Of a stretch of DNA of 64,000 nt, positions 9,582 through 20,700 are shown in pieces (the first letter of the stretch is position 1; every line of letters starts with the position of its first letter). The DNA is taken from the NCBI GenBank assembly GCA_016788165.1, contig JAEUTH010000004.1:2522-66521 (forward strand), read 5' to 3'. Under the pieces are notes generated by a model. It saw nothing but the letters and a program-made list of their open reading frames with translations, was not told where the DNA came from and searched no databases. The position numbers and the translations under genes were made by a program. This stretch comes from Bacteroidia bacterium. GTDB taxonomy: Bacteria > Bacteroidota > Bacteroidia > AKYH767-A > OLB10.

Positions 9582-11978
9582 TTATTCGCGGCCAAACATC
9601 CGTTTAAAAAAACCAGGCTTTTCTTCATTATCAGCATAGTACCTGTACTTGCCGGCATAACCATGATAATGACCATAGTTAGCATTAAACTTTTTGCCTA
9701 AACCGGCAGCATTTAATACAATTTGCATATTCCAAACTTTGCCCTCTAAGTTTAATTCGTCTAACGATTTTATAAAAGCTCGGTTACTATAGCCTTCGCG
9801 TATTACGTACAGGTTTAAATCGGCATATTTCATTATTACATAAGCATCGCTTAATACGCCAATAGGCGGTGTATCTACAATAATGTAATCATACTTACCA
9901 CGTACATGTGCAAAAAAATCTTTCATCGAATCCTTGGCTAACAGCTCACTTGGATTTTCGGGAATTGGACCTGCCGTAATTAAGTCTAACCCTTCTACAT
10001 TGGTCTTTTGTGTAATGGTTTCGATATTGGCTTTACCATTCAAATAGGTACTTAATCCGGTATCATTATGCATACCTAACTCACGGTATAAACGTGGTTT
10101 ACGAAAATCGAATCCTAACAACAATGTTTTATTGCTTTGCATGGCAAACATAACGGCAAGGTTTAGTGCCGTAAACGACTTACCCTCGCCAGCCACCGTA
10201 CTGGTAATCATTATTACCTGCTTTTCGTTGTTTATTTCGGCAAGCTGTATGTTGGTTCGTAATGAGCGGAAACACTCTGCAACAATGCTCTTTGGGTTTT
10301 CGTAAACATAATTATTGTTGCTGCCACGCATTTTACCTATCACACCTAAAACCGGTATGGTTGTAGCATTATCAATATCATCGCGGTTCGAAACAGTTTT
10401 ACGTGCAACGTTTTGAATAAATACAATAATTGATGGAAGTATAAACGACATTAAAATGGCTATTGCCAGTATTAATGGTTTAACCGGTGCAACGGGCTTT
10501 TCGCCTACCACTGCAGGATCTTGCACACGGTTAGATGCAGATGCAGTTTGTGTTGCAATCATGGTTTCCTGCTTTTTCTGCAACAGGTACTCATAAAGCT
10601 GCTGCGTTACATCGCGCTGACGTTGGATTTCAATTAAGCCCTTTTCCTTTTCAGGCATTGCGCTTATCGAACCTTGCAAGCGGCCTATCTGATCCTGATA
10701 TCCCCGGCCGGTTACAACCAACTGTTCTTTAATAGAGCTGATGGTTTCTAAAAGCGAACTGCGTTTGGTTTCTAATTGCTGTTTATAGGCTTTCAGTTGT
10801 GGTGTTGGCGATAAAACGGCAGTTTCTAACCCTTGAATTTTTGTAACCAACTCCTGGTAGTCGCGTATGAGCGCTTCCATGCTTGGGTCGTTAATGCCCA
10901 TACCGCTGGGTGATATCTTATTTACATCGGCATTGTTTTTTACCGAATTATATAAGGCATCCAGGTTTTTAATTTTACTGTCGTTATCATATTTCTGACG
11001 GTCGATACTGCCAATGTTATCAGATATGCTTTTGCCTTGTGAGGTTAAGTCTATAATGCCGTTTTCTGATTTGTACTTACGTAGTTGCTCTTCTATTTGC
11101 TGCAACTTGGTATTGGATTCTTCTAATTGCTTATCAACAAACTTTAATGATTCAAAAGCTTCGCCACGTTTTAAATTAAGTTCGTTTTCTAAAAAAACCT
11201 GTGAAATCGTATTTAAAACATCTACACATAATTGGGTTGAATGGTCTTTATACGTCAGGCCAATGATGGTACTGGTTTTATCCGGACTGGTTGTAGTAAT
11301 ATTGCTGATAATATCACCGGTGCGTGTAACTATATCTTTACAAACCACATAAAACTCTTTTTGCGTTTCGAGTTGCAAAGGCACGGCCTGATTGCGCATT
11401 ACCCGGAAACTGAAATACTCTGTTTTTACAACATCGCCAAAGCGATAAACCTTATTATGTTCGAAGTAAGGTAATACCGATCCGTCATACTTAAAGCTAA
11501 GCTTGTAGCTGTTTTCGTCTAAAACGGTGATGTAAAACTTTTGTGAGTTGTAGTACCACTTGTTTAAATTGGCACTATCCACTTTAATGGGCGATGTTTT
11601 GTATAGCGGACGACCAACAAAACCAGAGTTATCATACACGGTATTAAGCAATTGTAATCGCTTAATAACTTCGCTTATGGTAGTGTTTGATGTAAGTATT
11701 GACTTAACGTTGGCTACATTGGTTTGTTTAACAAACATATCGCCACTTATCAAATCTAAACTTGCGCCCTGGCCACCTGCCAATGTTTCTTTTACAATAA
11801 TACTGCTTGTTGCTTCAAAGGTGGGTACTGCAACCGACAGATAAAATAAAGCTGCCGAAACAAATAATATCACTGCAATTAAAAAGTAATACCACTTAGC
11901 TGCTAAGGCTGTAAAAATTTTGCCCAGGTCTAACTCATCATTACTAACTCTTTTATTAATTACCGGATTTGTTGGCAT
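9582..11978 (-). CDS. polysaccharide biosynthesis tyrosine autokinase (Wzc/GumC-like chain-length determinant plus BY-kinase)
   Basis: 798 aa. N-terminal Wzz-type periplasmic domain with two TM helices. C-terminal P-loop BY-kinase (TSTVAGEGKSFTALNLA) and a Tyr-rich tail (NANYGHYHGYAGKYRYYADN). Confidence 0.85.
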   Translation of the reverse strand: MPTNPVINKRVSNDELDLGKIFTALAAKWYYFLIAVILFVSAALFYLSVAVPTFEATSSIIVKETLAGGQGASLDLISGDMFVKQTNVANVKSILTSNTTISEVIKRLQLLNTVYDNSGFVGRPLYKTSPIKVDSANLNKWYYNSQKFYITVLDENSYKLSFKYDGSVLPYFEHNKVYRFGDVVKTEYFSFRVMRNQAVPLQLETQKEFYVVCKDIVTRTGDIISNITTTSPDKTSTIIGLTYKDHSTQLCVDVLNTISQVFLENELNLKRGEAFESLKFVDKQLEESNTKLQQIEEQLRKYKSENGIIDLTSQGKSISDNIGSIDRQKYDNDSKIKNLDALYNSVKNNADVNKISPSGMGINDPSMEALIRDYQELVTKIQGLETAVLSPTPQLKAYKQQLETKRSSLLETISSIKEQLVVTGRGYQDQIGRLQGSISAMPEKEKGLIEIQRQRDVTQQLYEYLLQKKQETMIATQTASASNRVQDPAVVGEKPVAPVKPLILAIAILMSFILPSIIVFIQNVARKTVSNRDDIDNATTIPVLGVIGKMRGSNNNYVYENPKSIVAECFRSLRTNIQLAEINNEKQVIMITSTVAGEGKSFTALNLAVMFAMQSNKTLLLGFDFRKPRLYRELGMHNDTGLSTYLNGKANIETITQKTNVEGLDLITAGPIPENPSELLAKDSMKDFFAHVRGKYDYIIVDTPPIGVLSDAYVIMKYADLNLYVIREGYSNRAFIKSLDELNLEGKVWNMQIVLNAAGLGKKFNANYGHYHGYAGKYRYYADNEEKPGFFKRMFGRE

Positions 11979-12019
11979 TTTGTTGTATCTTAAAATATAA
12001 TATATCTAAACTTAAATGG

Positions 12020-12808
12020 TTATTTGGCACGTACTATTAAAAGGGTACCCAGTGCAATAAGTACAGTTGTAACTGAGGTAACTATACTAACTTGTGGTGC
12101 AGCATCGGCCCAACGCTTGTTTTTTAATTGGCGCACATATATTACATCATCTTGTTTCAAATAAAACAACTTCGAATAAAGTGTTTTATTATCGGTAAGG
12201 TCAATAACAAATTCTTCTTGACGGCCATCAATAACACGAATTACTTTTACATCGGTACGACTACCGTATTTGGTTAAATCACCGGCCAATGATAGCGCCT
12301 CTAACAGTGATATAGATTCGTAGTTAATAAAGTACATACCGGGTTTTGCCACTTCGCCTAAAACGGATATTTTAAAGCTTAGTTTTTTTACCACCACTAC
12401 TGGATTGGCTACATACTTTTTGTATCGTTTTGATATTTCTTGTTTTGCCTGATCAACCGTTAAACCCGCAACTGGCACCGGGCCGATGAGTGGCAGTACC
12501 AAATCGCCATTATCTTCAACTGTAAAACCGCGCTCGTAAGCAGGGCGGTTATCCATGGTTCTATCTTCTAACTTTGAACCAATGCCGGGTAAGGCGTCAG
12601 GGTTTTCGGTATAAACCAAAACGTTTACGATATCTTTTTTATAGATAATCATATCGGGCCTGATAGGCGTAGCCAAACTGGTTTTGTCTTTGCTTTTGCC
12701 TTCAGTCTTATCTTGAAAATAAACTATCTTTTTTTGAGGGATACAGCCTGCCATTATTAAAAAGACAATGCTGATGAGCGCCAACGATAGGGAGTTGAAA
12801 AACTTCAT
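12020..12808 (-). CDS. polysaccharide export protein (Wza/SLBB family)
   Basis: Lipoprotein signal (LIMAGC), a Poly_export-like N-terminus and an SLBB domain. Directly downstream of the Wzc-like gene. Confidence 0.75.
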   Translation of the reverse strand: MKFFNSLSLALISIVFLIMAGCIPQKKIVYFQDKTEGKSKDKTSLATPIRPDMIIYKKDIVNVLVYTENPDALPGIGSKLEDRTMDNRPAYERGFTVEDNGDLVLPLIGPVPVAGLTVDQAKQEISKRYKKYVANPVVVVKKLSFKISVLGEVAKPGMYFINYESISLLEALSLAGDLTKYGSRTDVKVIRVIDGRQEEFVIDLTDNKTLYSKLFYLKQDDVIYVRQLKNKRWADAAPQVSIVTSVTTVLIALGTLLIVRAK

Positions 12809-12824
12809 ATATTTTTTAATGTGG

Positions 12825-13970
12825 TTACTTGTCAGACAATAACGATCGACTGATTACAATTTTTTGCACCTCACTGGTGCCCTCATATATCTGTGTAATT
12901 TTTGCATCACGCATTAAGCGCTCAACATGAAACTCTTTTACAAATCCATAACCGCCATGTATTTGAACGGCTTCTACCGTTGCTTCCATAGCTATTTTTG
13001 AGGCATATAGTTTGGCCATACTACTGGTTAATGCATAATCAAGATGCTGATCTTTAAGCCAGGCAGCTTTTAAGCAAAGGTTGCGTGCTGCTTCAATTTG
13101 TGTGGCCATATCGGCTATTTTAAATTGTATGGCTTGGTGATTCATAATTTCTTTGCCAAATGCTTTACGCTCGCGTGCGTAGTTGGTTGCAAGTTCTAAT
13201 GCACCTGCAGCAATACCCAATGCTTGCGAGGCAATACCAATACGGCCGCCCGACAAAACTTTCATAGCAAATTTAAATCCGAAACCATCTTCGCCAATGC
13301 GGTTTTCTTTAGGCACTTTTACATCGGTAAACATGAGCGAATGTGTATCGCTACCCCTGATACCTAATTTGTTTTCTTTGGGGCCTACCTGAAATCCGTC
13401 CCATGCTTTTTCAACTATAAAAGCATTAATGCCTTTATGTCCCTTTTTTATATCGGTTTGTGCTATTACTAAAAAAACAGATGCTGTGCTTCCGTTGGTT
13501 ATCCAGTTTTTTGTTCCATTTAAAATGTAATGATCGCCTGCATCAATAGCTGTTGTGCTTTGCGATGTGGCATCGCTACCGGCTTCGGGTTCGGATAAGC
13601 AAAAGCCGCCTATTATTTGGCCGGTTGCCAGTGGCACTAAATATTTTTGTTTTTGAGCCTCGGTACCATACGTTTCTAATCCCCAACAAACCAAACTATT
13701 GTTTACCGACATTACCACCGATGCCGATGCATCAATCTTACTTATTTCAGTCATTGCCAATACATAGCTTATGGTATCCATACCACCACCACCGTATTGC
13801 GGACTTACCATCATGCCCATAAAACCCAGCTCGCCCATTTTCTTTATTTGCTCGGCCGGAAATTTCTGATGCTCGTCTCGCTCAATTACACCCGGCAGTA
13901 AATCATTAACGGCAAAATCGCGTGCGGCTTGCCGTATCATTTCATGTTCCTCGGTAAGTTGTATTTGCAT
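12825..13970 (-). CDS. acyl-CoA dehydrogenase (short/branched-chain type)
   Basis: 381 aa matching the ACAD N-, middle and C-terminal domains, including the C-terminal YEGTSEVQ motif with the catalytic Glu. Confidence 0.85.
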   Translation of the reverse strand: MQIQLTEEHEMIRQAARDFAVNDLLPGVIERDEHQKFPAEQIKKMGELGFMGMMVSPQYGGGGMDTISYVLAMTEISKIDASASVVMSVNNSLVCWGLETYGTEAQKQKYLVPLATGQIIGGFCLSEPEAGSDATSQSTTAIDAGDHYILNGTKNWITNGSTASVFLVIAQTDIKKGHKGINAFIVEKAWDGFQVGPKENKLGIRGSDTHSLMFTDVKVPKENRIGEDGFGFKFAMKVLSGGRIGIASQALGIAAGALELATNYARERKAFGKEIMNHQAIQFKIADMATQIEAARNLCLKAAWLKDQHLDYALTSSMAKLYASKIAMEATVEAVQIHGGYGFVKEFHVERLMRDAKITQIYEGTSEVQKIVISRSLLSDK

Positions 13971-14181
13971 AATTGAATAAATTTAGGCTTTTAAAAATTC
14001 GCGCAAAAGTAATGCTTTAAGGCTGACAAAAAAATTTTTGACTTAATTGCATTTAAAATGCCTCGGCTCAATGTTAATAGTACTTTTCGCCCCGGCAGAA
14101 AATAAAATATCGCCCCTTTTGATAACAATTTTATAAACAGGCATTAGCCTAAACAATTTTTAAATTTTAAGAAATCGTTAA

Positions 14182-15258
14182 TTGAAAACCTATCATGTTA
14201 TCGGACTCATGTCGGGCACATCGCTCGATGGGCTTGACATTGCACATTGCACTTTTACCTTTAACGGCACATGGCAATACCTTATTAACCAGGCTGTAAC
14301 AGTACCGTACAATCAAACATTAATAGACACGCTTAAACAGGCGCATCAGCTACCAGCAATGGCATTGCAGCAGCTTGATAGTAAGCTGGCTCATTTATTT
14401 GCCAAAGAGGTGATTACTTTTTTAAAAAAATGGCCCTTAGAAGTTGATTTTATCAGCAGTCATGGTCATACCGTTTTTCATCAACCAAAAAACGCTGGCT
14501 TTAGTACACCATTTACTACACAAATAGGTAATGGAGGCATATTAGCAGCGGTTACCGGTTATAATGTAGTTTGCGATTTTCGTACGGCCGATGTGTCTTT
14601 GGGAGGGCAAGGAGCGCCACTTGTACCGATGGGCGATTTGCATTTGTTTAACAATTATGATATGTGTCTGAACATTGGCGGCATTATCAACTTTTCGTGT
14701 ATGCATGCAAAACCCTGTTTGGCATCTGATGTTTGTTTTGCGAATATGGCTTTAAATTATCTGGCACATAAAAACAATAAAGCTTTTGATGAAAATGGCC
14801 AAATGGCTGCCGATGGTGTTTTTAACGACCAATTATTTAATCAACTACAGTCATTACCTTTTTGGCAACAACCTTTTCCAAAATCATTAGGTAAAGAATA
14901 TTTTGATCATTTTGTTTTACCCTTGATAGAAACTGAAAACATAAGTGTAAATGATAAGCTTCATACGTTTTGCCATCATATTGCCGATACGGTAAGCAGC
15001 TTGCAACCGTTATTGCCTGCCAAACATCAGGTGTTGGTAACAGGTGGTGGGGCATACAACCATTTTTTAATGCAATGTTTGCAAGCAAAAGGCTTTAACC
15101 TTATTATACCTGACAAACAAATTGTTGAATTTAAAGAAGCGTTGATTTTTGCGTTTTTAGGTGTGTTGCGATTTAGAAATGAATACAATACACTTAAAGA
15201 TGTAACCGGTGCTATGCGCAACACATCTTCGGGCGCAATGTATTTGGGCCAAATTTGA
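14182..15258 (+). CDS. anmK: anhydro-N-acetylmuramic acid kinase
   Basis: N-terminal IGLMSGTSLDGLDIA motif and an ASKHA fold. TTG start. Confidence 0.8.
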   Translation: MKTYHVIGLMSGTSLDGLDIAHCTFTFNGTWQYLINQAVTVPYNQTLIDTLKQAHQLPAMALQQLDSKLAHLFAKEVITFLKKWPLEVDFISSHGHTVFHQPKNAGFSTPFTTQIGNGGILAAVTGYNVVCDFRTADVSLGGQGAPLVPMGDLHLFNNYDMCLNIGGIINFSCMHAKPCLASDVCFANMALNYLAHKNNKAFDENGQMAADGVFNDQLFNQLQSLPFWQQPFPKSLGKEYFDHFVLPLIETENISVNDKLHTFCHHIADTVSSLQPLLPAKHQVLVTGGGAYNHFLMQCLQAKGFNLIIPDKQIVEFKEALIFAFLGVLRFRNEYNTLKDVTGAMRNTSSGAMYLGQI

Positions 15259-15360
15259 TTTTACAAAAGTTTGATTTGTGGCTGTTCAAATATTTACATA
15301 TTCGCAGCCCCCAAAATTTGCTTCACATTTTACTTTATCAGTTACACGTTAGTTGCGCTT

Positions 15361-17667
15361 ATGAAACTTAGATTTTTACTTGCCTTACTTTTTATCACTT
15401 TTTACACCACACAAATTTGGGCACAGTATGCCAATGTGCGTGGTTTCTTGTATGAAAAAGCTACAGGCGAACCGGTAATTTTTACCACTATTTTTTTAAA
15501 GGGGACCCAATTGGGTGCTGCTACCGATGTAAACGGATATTTTAGCATAACCAAAATACCGGCAGGCAATTACAAAATTGTAGTATATAGTATGGGTTAC
15601 GATTCGTTAGAAGAAAACATAACCGTGAGCGCCAATGAAATTGTGAGTAAAAAATATTATTTAAATAAAACCGCTATTAATTTAAAAACGGTAGATATAT
15701 CGGCCGAGCGTACCGAGTATAAAACCGATGTAAAAATGTCGGTAACCAAAGTAACGCCAAAAGAAATCAGTAAAATACCATCGGTAGGAGGCGAACCCGA
15801 TTTGGCGCAATACCTGCAAGTGGTACCCGGTGTAATATTTAGTGGCGACCAAGGTGGTCAGTTATACATACGTGGTGGTACGCCCATTCAAAACAAAGTG
15901 CTGTTAGATGGTATGGTAATATATAATCCATTTCACAGTATTGGTTTGTTTTCGGTTTTTGATACGGATATTATTGCTAATGCCGATGTATTTACGGGTG
16001 GTTTTCCGGCACAATATGGCGGCCGCATTTCGGCTGTAATGGATGTAACCACACGCGATGGAAATAAAAAACGGTTAGCCGGAAAGCTTTCCGTTAATCC
16101 ATTTGCCAGCAAACTTACTTTAGAAGGGCCGCTTATTAAACAAAAAGAAACAGGTGGTTCGTCAACATCATTTGTGGTGAGTTATAAAAACTCTTACTTA
16201 AACAAAACATCTGATGTGCTGTATAAATATGTAAATGACGAGGCAGGCTTACCTTACAGTTTTAACGATATTTATGCTAAGGTTAGCATTAATGGCACCA
16301 ATGGGAGCAAGCTAAATGTTTTTGGTTTTAACTTTAATGATAAAGTTGACTTTACGCCCATCAGCGAATTTAACTGGAAGAGCACCGGTTTTGGAACAAA
16401 GTTTATTGTTGTGCCAAATGGTTCGAGTACATTGATGGATGGCGTGTTTGCATATTCAAAATATAAAATGCAATTAAAAGAAGCTGATGATAAACCACGC
16501 ACCAGCGAAATTGGTGGCTTTAATATGGGGTTAAATTTTACCTACTTTTTTGGGCAGGATGAATTGAAGTACGGTTTAGAGGTATTGGGATTTAAAACCG
16601 ATTTCGAATTTTATAATGCAGCCGGCAATCGTTTAGGGCAAGAAGAAAACACTACAGAGTTTGGCACTTATTTAAACTACCGGAAAGTTGCAGGCAAGTT
16701 TGTAATTCAGCCAGGTTTGCGTTTACACTATTACTCTTCATTAACCGAGTTGGCTATAGAGCCACGCTTTAGTGCTAAATATAACGCTACTGATTTTTTA
16801 CGCTTTAAATTGGCTGCCGGTATTTACAAGCAAAACTTTTTAAGTGCCACAAGCGATAGAGATGTAGTAAATTTCTTTTATGGATTTTTATCGGCTCCCG
16901 AAAACTTACCCGCTAATTTTAACGGCAGTAAGGTTGACTCGCGTTTGCAACAAGCAAACCATTTTATTTTAGGTACTGAGATTGATTTACCACATCATTT
17001 TTCGGTTAATATTGAAGGATATATTAAAGATTTTGCTCAGGTAATAAATGTAAACCGCAATAAAATTTATGATGATGTTGGCGCTAATAGCGATAAACCG
17101 GATGAGCTAAAAAAGGATTTTATTGTTGAAAATGGAATTGCCAAAGGCATTGACTTTAATTTAAAATATGAATACAAAAAAGTATATCTGTGGTTTGTTT
17201 ACTCTATCGGTTTTGTTGATAGGTTTGATGGTAACGATGAGTATATGCCCAGTTTTGACAGACGCCACAATGTAAATATTGTTGCCAGTTACACCTTTGG
17301 TAAAGATTTACTTTGGGAGCTTAACTCGCGCCTTAATTACGGTTCGGGGTTTCCTTTTACACCTACGCAAGGTTTTTATCCTTACCAAAATTTTTCGCAA
17401 GGTGTTAATACAAATTACAACAGCAGTAATGGCCAGTTAGGTATTATTTATGGTGAGTTAAATGCCAACCGTTTACCCGATTATGCACGCTTAGACCTAA
17501 CACTTAAACGCACCTTTGTATTAAGCAGTAGAAGCAATTTAGAGGCTACTGCCAGTGTAATTAACTTATTAAACCGGCAAAATATTTTTTACTTCAACCG
17601 TGTTACCTTTCAACGCGTTGATCAGCTCCCTATATTACCGGCATTGGGAGTTAGCATGACTTTTTAA
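15361..17667 (+). CDS. TonB-dependent outer-membrane receptor with N-terminal carboxypeptidase-regulatory-like (CarbopepD) domain
   Basis: Signal peptide MKLRFLLALLFITFYTTQIWAQ. CarbopepD_reg fold (VRGFLYEKATGEPV...). Plug domain and a large beta-barrel ending in an aromatic C-terminus (GVSMTF). The ORF is open from 15271, but the ATG at 15361 gives the proper signal peptide. Confidence 0.8.
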   Translation: MKLRFLLALLFITFYTTQIWAQYANVRGFLYEKATGEPVIFTTIFLKGTQLGAATDVNGYFSITKIPAGNYKIVVYSMGYDSLEENITVSANEIVSKKYYLNKTAINLKTVDISAERTEYKTDVKMSVTKVTPKEISKIPSVGGEPDLAQYLQVVPGVIFSGDQGGQLYIRGGTPIQNKVLLDGMVIYNPFHSIGLFSVFDTDIIANADVFTGGFPAQYGGRISAVMDVTTRDGNKKRLAGKLSVNPFASKLTLEGPLIKQKETGGSSTSFVVSYKNSYLNKTSDVLYKYVNDEAGLPYSFNDIYAKVSINGTNGSKLNVFGFNFNDKVDFTPISEFNWKSTGFGTKFIVVPNGSSTLMDGVFAYSKYKMQLKEADDKPRTSEIGGFNMGLNFTYFFGQDELKYGLEVLGFKTDFEFYNAAGNRLGQEENTTEFGTYLNYRKVAGKFVIQPGLRLHYYSSLTELAIEPRFSAKYNATDFLRFKLAAGIYKQNFLSATSDRDVVNFFYGFLSAPENLPANFNGSKVDSRLQQANHFILGTEIDLPHHFSVNIEGYIKDFAQVINVNRNKIYDDVGANSDKPDELKKDFIVENGIAKGIDFNLKYEYKKVYLWFVYSIGFVDRFDGNDEYMPSFDRRHNVNIVASYTFGKDLLWELNSRLNYGSGFPFTPTQGFYPYQNFSQGVNTNYNSSNGQLGIIYGELNANRLPDYARLDLTLKRTFVLSSRSNLEATASVINLLNRQNIFYFNRVTFQRVDQLPILPALGVSMTF

Positions 17668-17700
17668 AATTTATACTCATTAATTTTACAATGCAAAAAC

Positions 17701-17734
17701 AAAGGCTGATGTAAAACATCGGCCTTTGTTTTTT
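17701..17734. terminator. bidirectional intrinsic terminator between convergent genes
   Basis: Stem AAAGGCTGATG / CATCGGCCTTT with loop TAAAA. Followed by GTTTTTT on the + strand and preceded by an A-run, which gives a T-run on the - strand. Confidence 0.7.
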
Positions 17735-17759
17735 GGATATAGTTTTAATAGTTACGGTT

Positions 17760-20700
17760 TTATTTTTCACTCATGTGTTCCACACCATCCCAATCGTTAC
17801 CAACACCTTCAACCATAAAACGCGCTGCATTTTGCAAGTACCTTTTTGCCGATTTATCGTCAGGATTTATATCTAACAACTGACGTAATGAAAGCGCTGC
17901 TTCGGCAAAACGTTTATTAAAGTAATCGGTAATGCCACGATTAAAAACATCTAATGTTTGCTGTTTAAGTTGTAACACCTGATCATCATCGGCACTAAAC
18001 ATTTCGAAAACCGACATTACCTCCTGCTTACCTTTTACTTTAATACGACCTAAATAACGGAACTGAAACAATTCTAAATTCCCCAAAGCCTGGTATAGGT
18101 TTTCGCTTAATACCACATTGGCTCCAAATATTTTTGTTAGCCCTTCTAACCTCGAAGCAATGTTTACAGCATCGCTTAATACATTGGCATCGTGCCTTTG
18201 ATTATCACCAATAATACCCATCATTATTGGGCCTTTGTGCAAACCAATGCCCACAGCAATAGGCTGTTGCTGGTTGCTAACACGCTCCTTATTGTACGAT
18301 TCAATTTCCTTTAAAATAGCAACTGCGGCTTGTAATGCGCTTTCGGGTTCGCCCTGAAAGAGTGCAATAAAACCATCTCCAAAATAATGATTTATAAAAC
18401 CGTTGTGGCTTTGTATTACCGGCCCAACACGTTGCAGGTAGGCATTGATAAATGCAAAATTTTCTTCAGTAGTCATGCCTTCGCTCATTGCCGAGTATGC
18501 ACGTATATCGCAAAACATCACAATCATATCGCGTTTAATATGATCGCCCAGTTTTACCTCTAAAATGCTTTGGCGGCCAATAGCATTTATAAAATCGTGG
18601 GGAACAAAACGTTGGTAAGCCTGATTTAATTCAAATTGCTTTTTATATAGTGTTGCATTTTCGATTGAGACGGACATTTGGCTGGTAAGCAATTCTAAAA
18701 TACCCAATCGCTCGCTTGAAAACGCATCGGCATTTGAACGATGTTCAACATAAATAATTCCGTTAGTGGCGCCTTTGTGCGATAAGGGCAGGCACATATA
18801 ACTTGCCGGATTATAAGATTTAAAATATTCGTCACGTTCGAATATTTTAATCGAACTGTTTACAAATGAAAGCACTTGCGTACGTGTTCGAATTACATAA
18901 TTTATTACCGATACGGGTATATTGGTAGCCATATCAATGTCAGCCGATTCCATGGTGTGTATGTCTGCATCTTCAACGTTAAAATCGGCTTCGATGCGCC
19001 ATTTATTATTGTAATTTAAAACCAATACAGCCCTTTGTCCACCGGCATTTTCAATTACGATACGCAAAATTTTTGAAAGCAGTTTCTCATACACAATTTC
19101 TTCGCTTAATGCATGCGAAGCTTTCATAACACTTTTCATATCAAAGCCTGCCAGGTCGGCTGTGTTGATACTGCTGTAAAGCGTACTGAATATATCGGTA
19201 CGTTTTGTTGATACCGTGTTTTTATTTACGAACGGATATTTATTATCAATAGCTTTCGCTAAACGCTGATAGCCTAATTTATCATAAATATATCGGGCAC
19301 GTTCTAAATGGGGTTGTGCATAAATTTTATTACTCATGCTAATCCAAAACGCTCCGGCCTTTTGATGCGCTAATGCTACCTCCCTGTCGAAATCATATAA
19401 CTCGGCCGATTCAATTGCCTTACCATAAAATTCAATTGCTTTTAAAATATCGCCTTTTACGCGCATGTATTCTGCTTCAACTAAAAAGTATTTGTGCTCA
19501 AAATTAGAAGCATTATGTGTACTCCAGTTTTGTAGCTGTTCTTTAAAAGTATTAATGTTGTTCCAGTAGGTTTCAGTTTCACTTTCGGCAGCGCTTTCAA
19601 TCATACCTAAAAGAGTAAGCGCGTAAAGCATATTAAATGTAGCATGCGAAGGTACATTGCCAGCTATTACACCGGGCAACCCTGCAACAACCTGCAAGCA
19701 GTATGAAGCTTCGGCTAAGTTGCCGTATAAATAATACGCTTGCGCTTTGTATAAATGAAATATGGTAGAGCCGTAAGCATCTTTGGCATCTTTGCAATAT
19801 TGCAACAAGGCAGCTCCTGATTTATTGGGTAAATCGAAACTGGTTTCGGCATTGGTTGCACCTGCTAGATTTGACATTACTAATTGCAATGCTTGCAACG
19901 AGTCGTGTGCTAAATCGTGCTTTATTTTTTTAGTAAACTCCAACGCATCGGGTATGCGCAAGAGCAACGTTTGCAGCGATTCGTTACCTTGAAAATAGGA
20001 GTTAAAAAATGGATGAAAACTGGTATAGCCTGCAAAAATAAGTTCGCCACAGTCAATACTAACCTGATAATACTCGGGGTTTAGTTTTGCAGTTTCTGAA
20101 ATGTGTTTAACCCAAGGCGTATTATAATTTGTAAATAAATGGCCTGAACGGCTGAGGTTACGTGGCGATTCCTTTTTAAATTTTTCGGCCAAACGTTTAC
20201 TAAGTGTGGCAGCCGGGTAAGCATATTTGTAATTGCCCATTATAAAAAACAACAGGCCCAATTCAGAAAATGCATAGCCACCTTGCGGTGATAACCCATG
20301 CGTAATGGTTAAGTTTATTTTTAATAACACTTGCAAAATCCACATATTGGTTTCGCCTGTTACATAGGTTGGTGGCGATAGATTATCCAAAATGTTTATG
20401 GTACTTAAAATACCTTGATCTTGTATGGTTTGCTTATCGAAAACCGACTCAACACCATGGGCTTCGAAATAGGAAATTATTTTGCCCATTTCGTCAGGTA
20501 TTAATGCAGGGCAATCGTCTTTTTGCGGAAATGTAAAGTTAAGCAACTGCAACCCTTGCCGTGCCGATTCGATAGCTTCATAGTATTGCGTGCTGTTGTT
20601 TTGATTTTGCATCAGCATAAAATATATGCTGCTTTTTTCGGCTGCTGTTTGTGCACGCTCTATGCAATTTAATAAACTGTTTTGCGATTGCTCTAAATTA

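Noticed and set aside
15271-15360. N-terminal extension of the TonB-dependent receptor ORF (MICGCSNIYIF...)
   Set aside because: The ATG at 15361 gives a canonical signal peptide (MKLRFLLALLF...AQ). The extension overlaps the anmK 3' region and looks non-coding.
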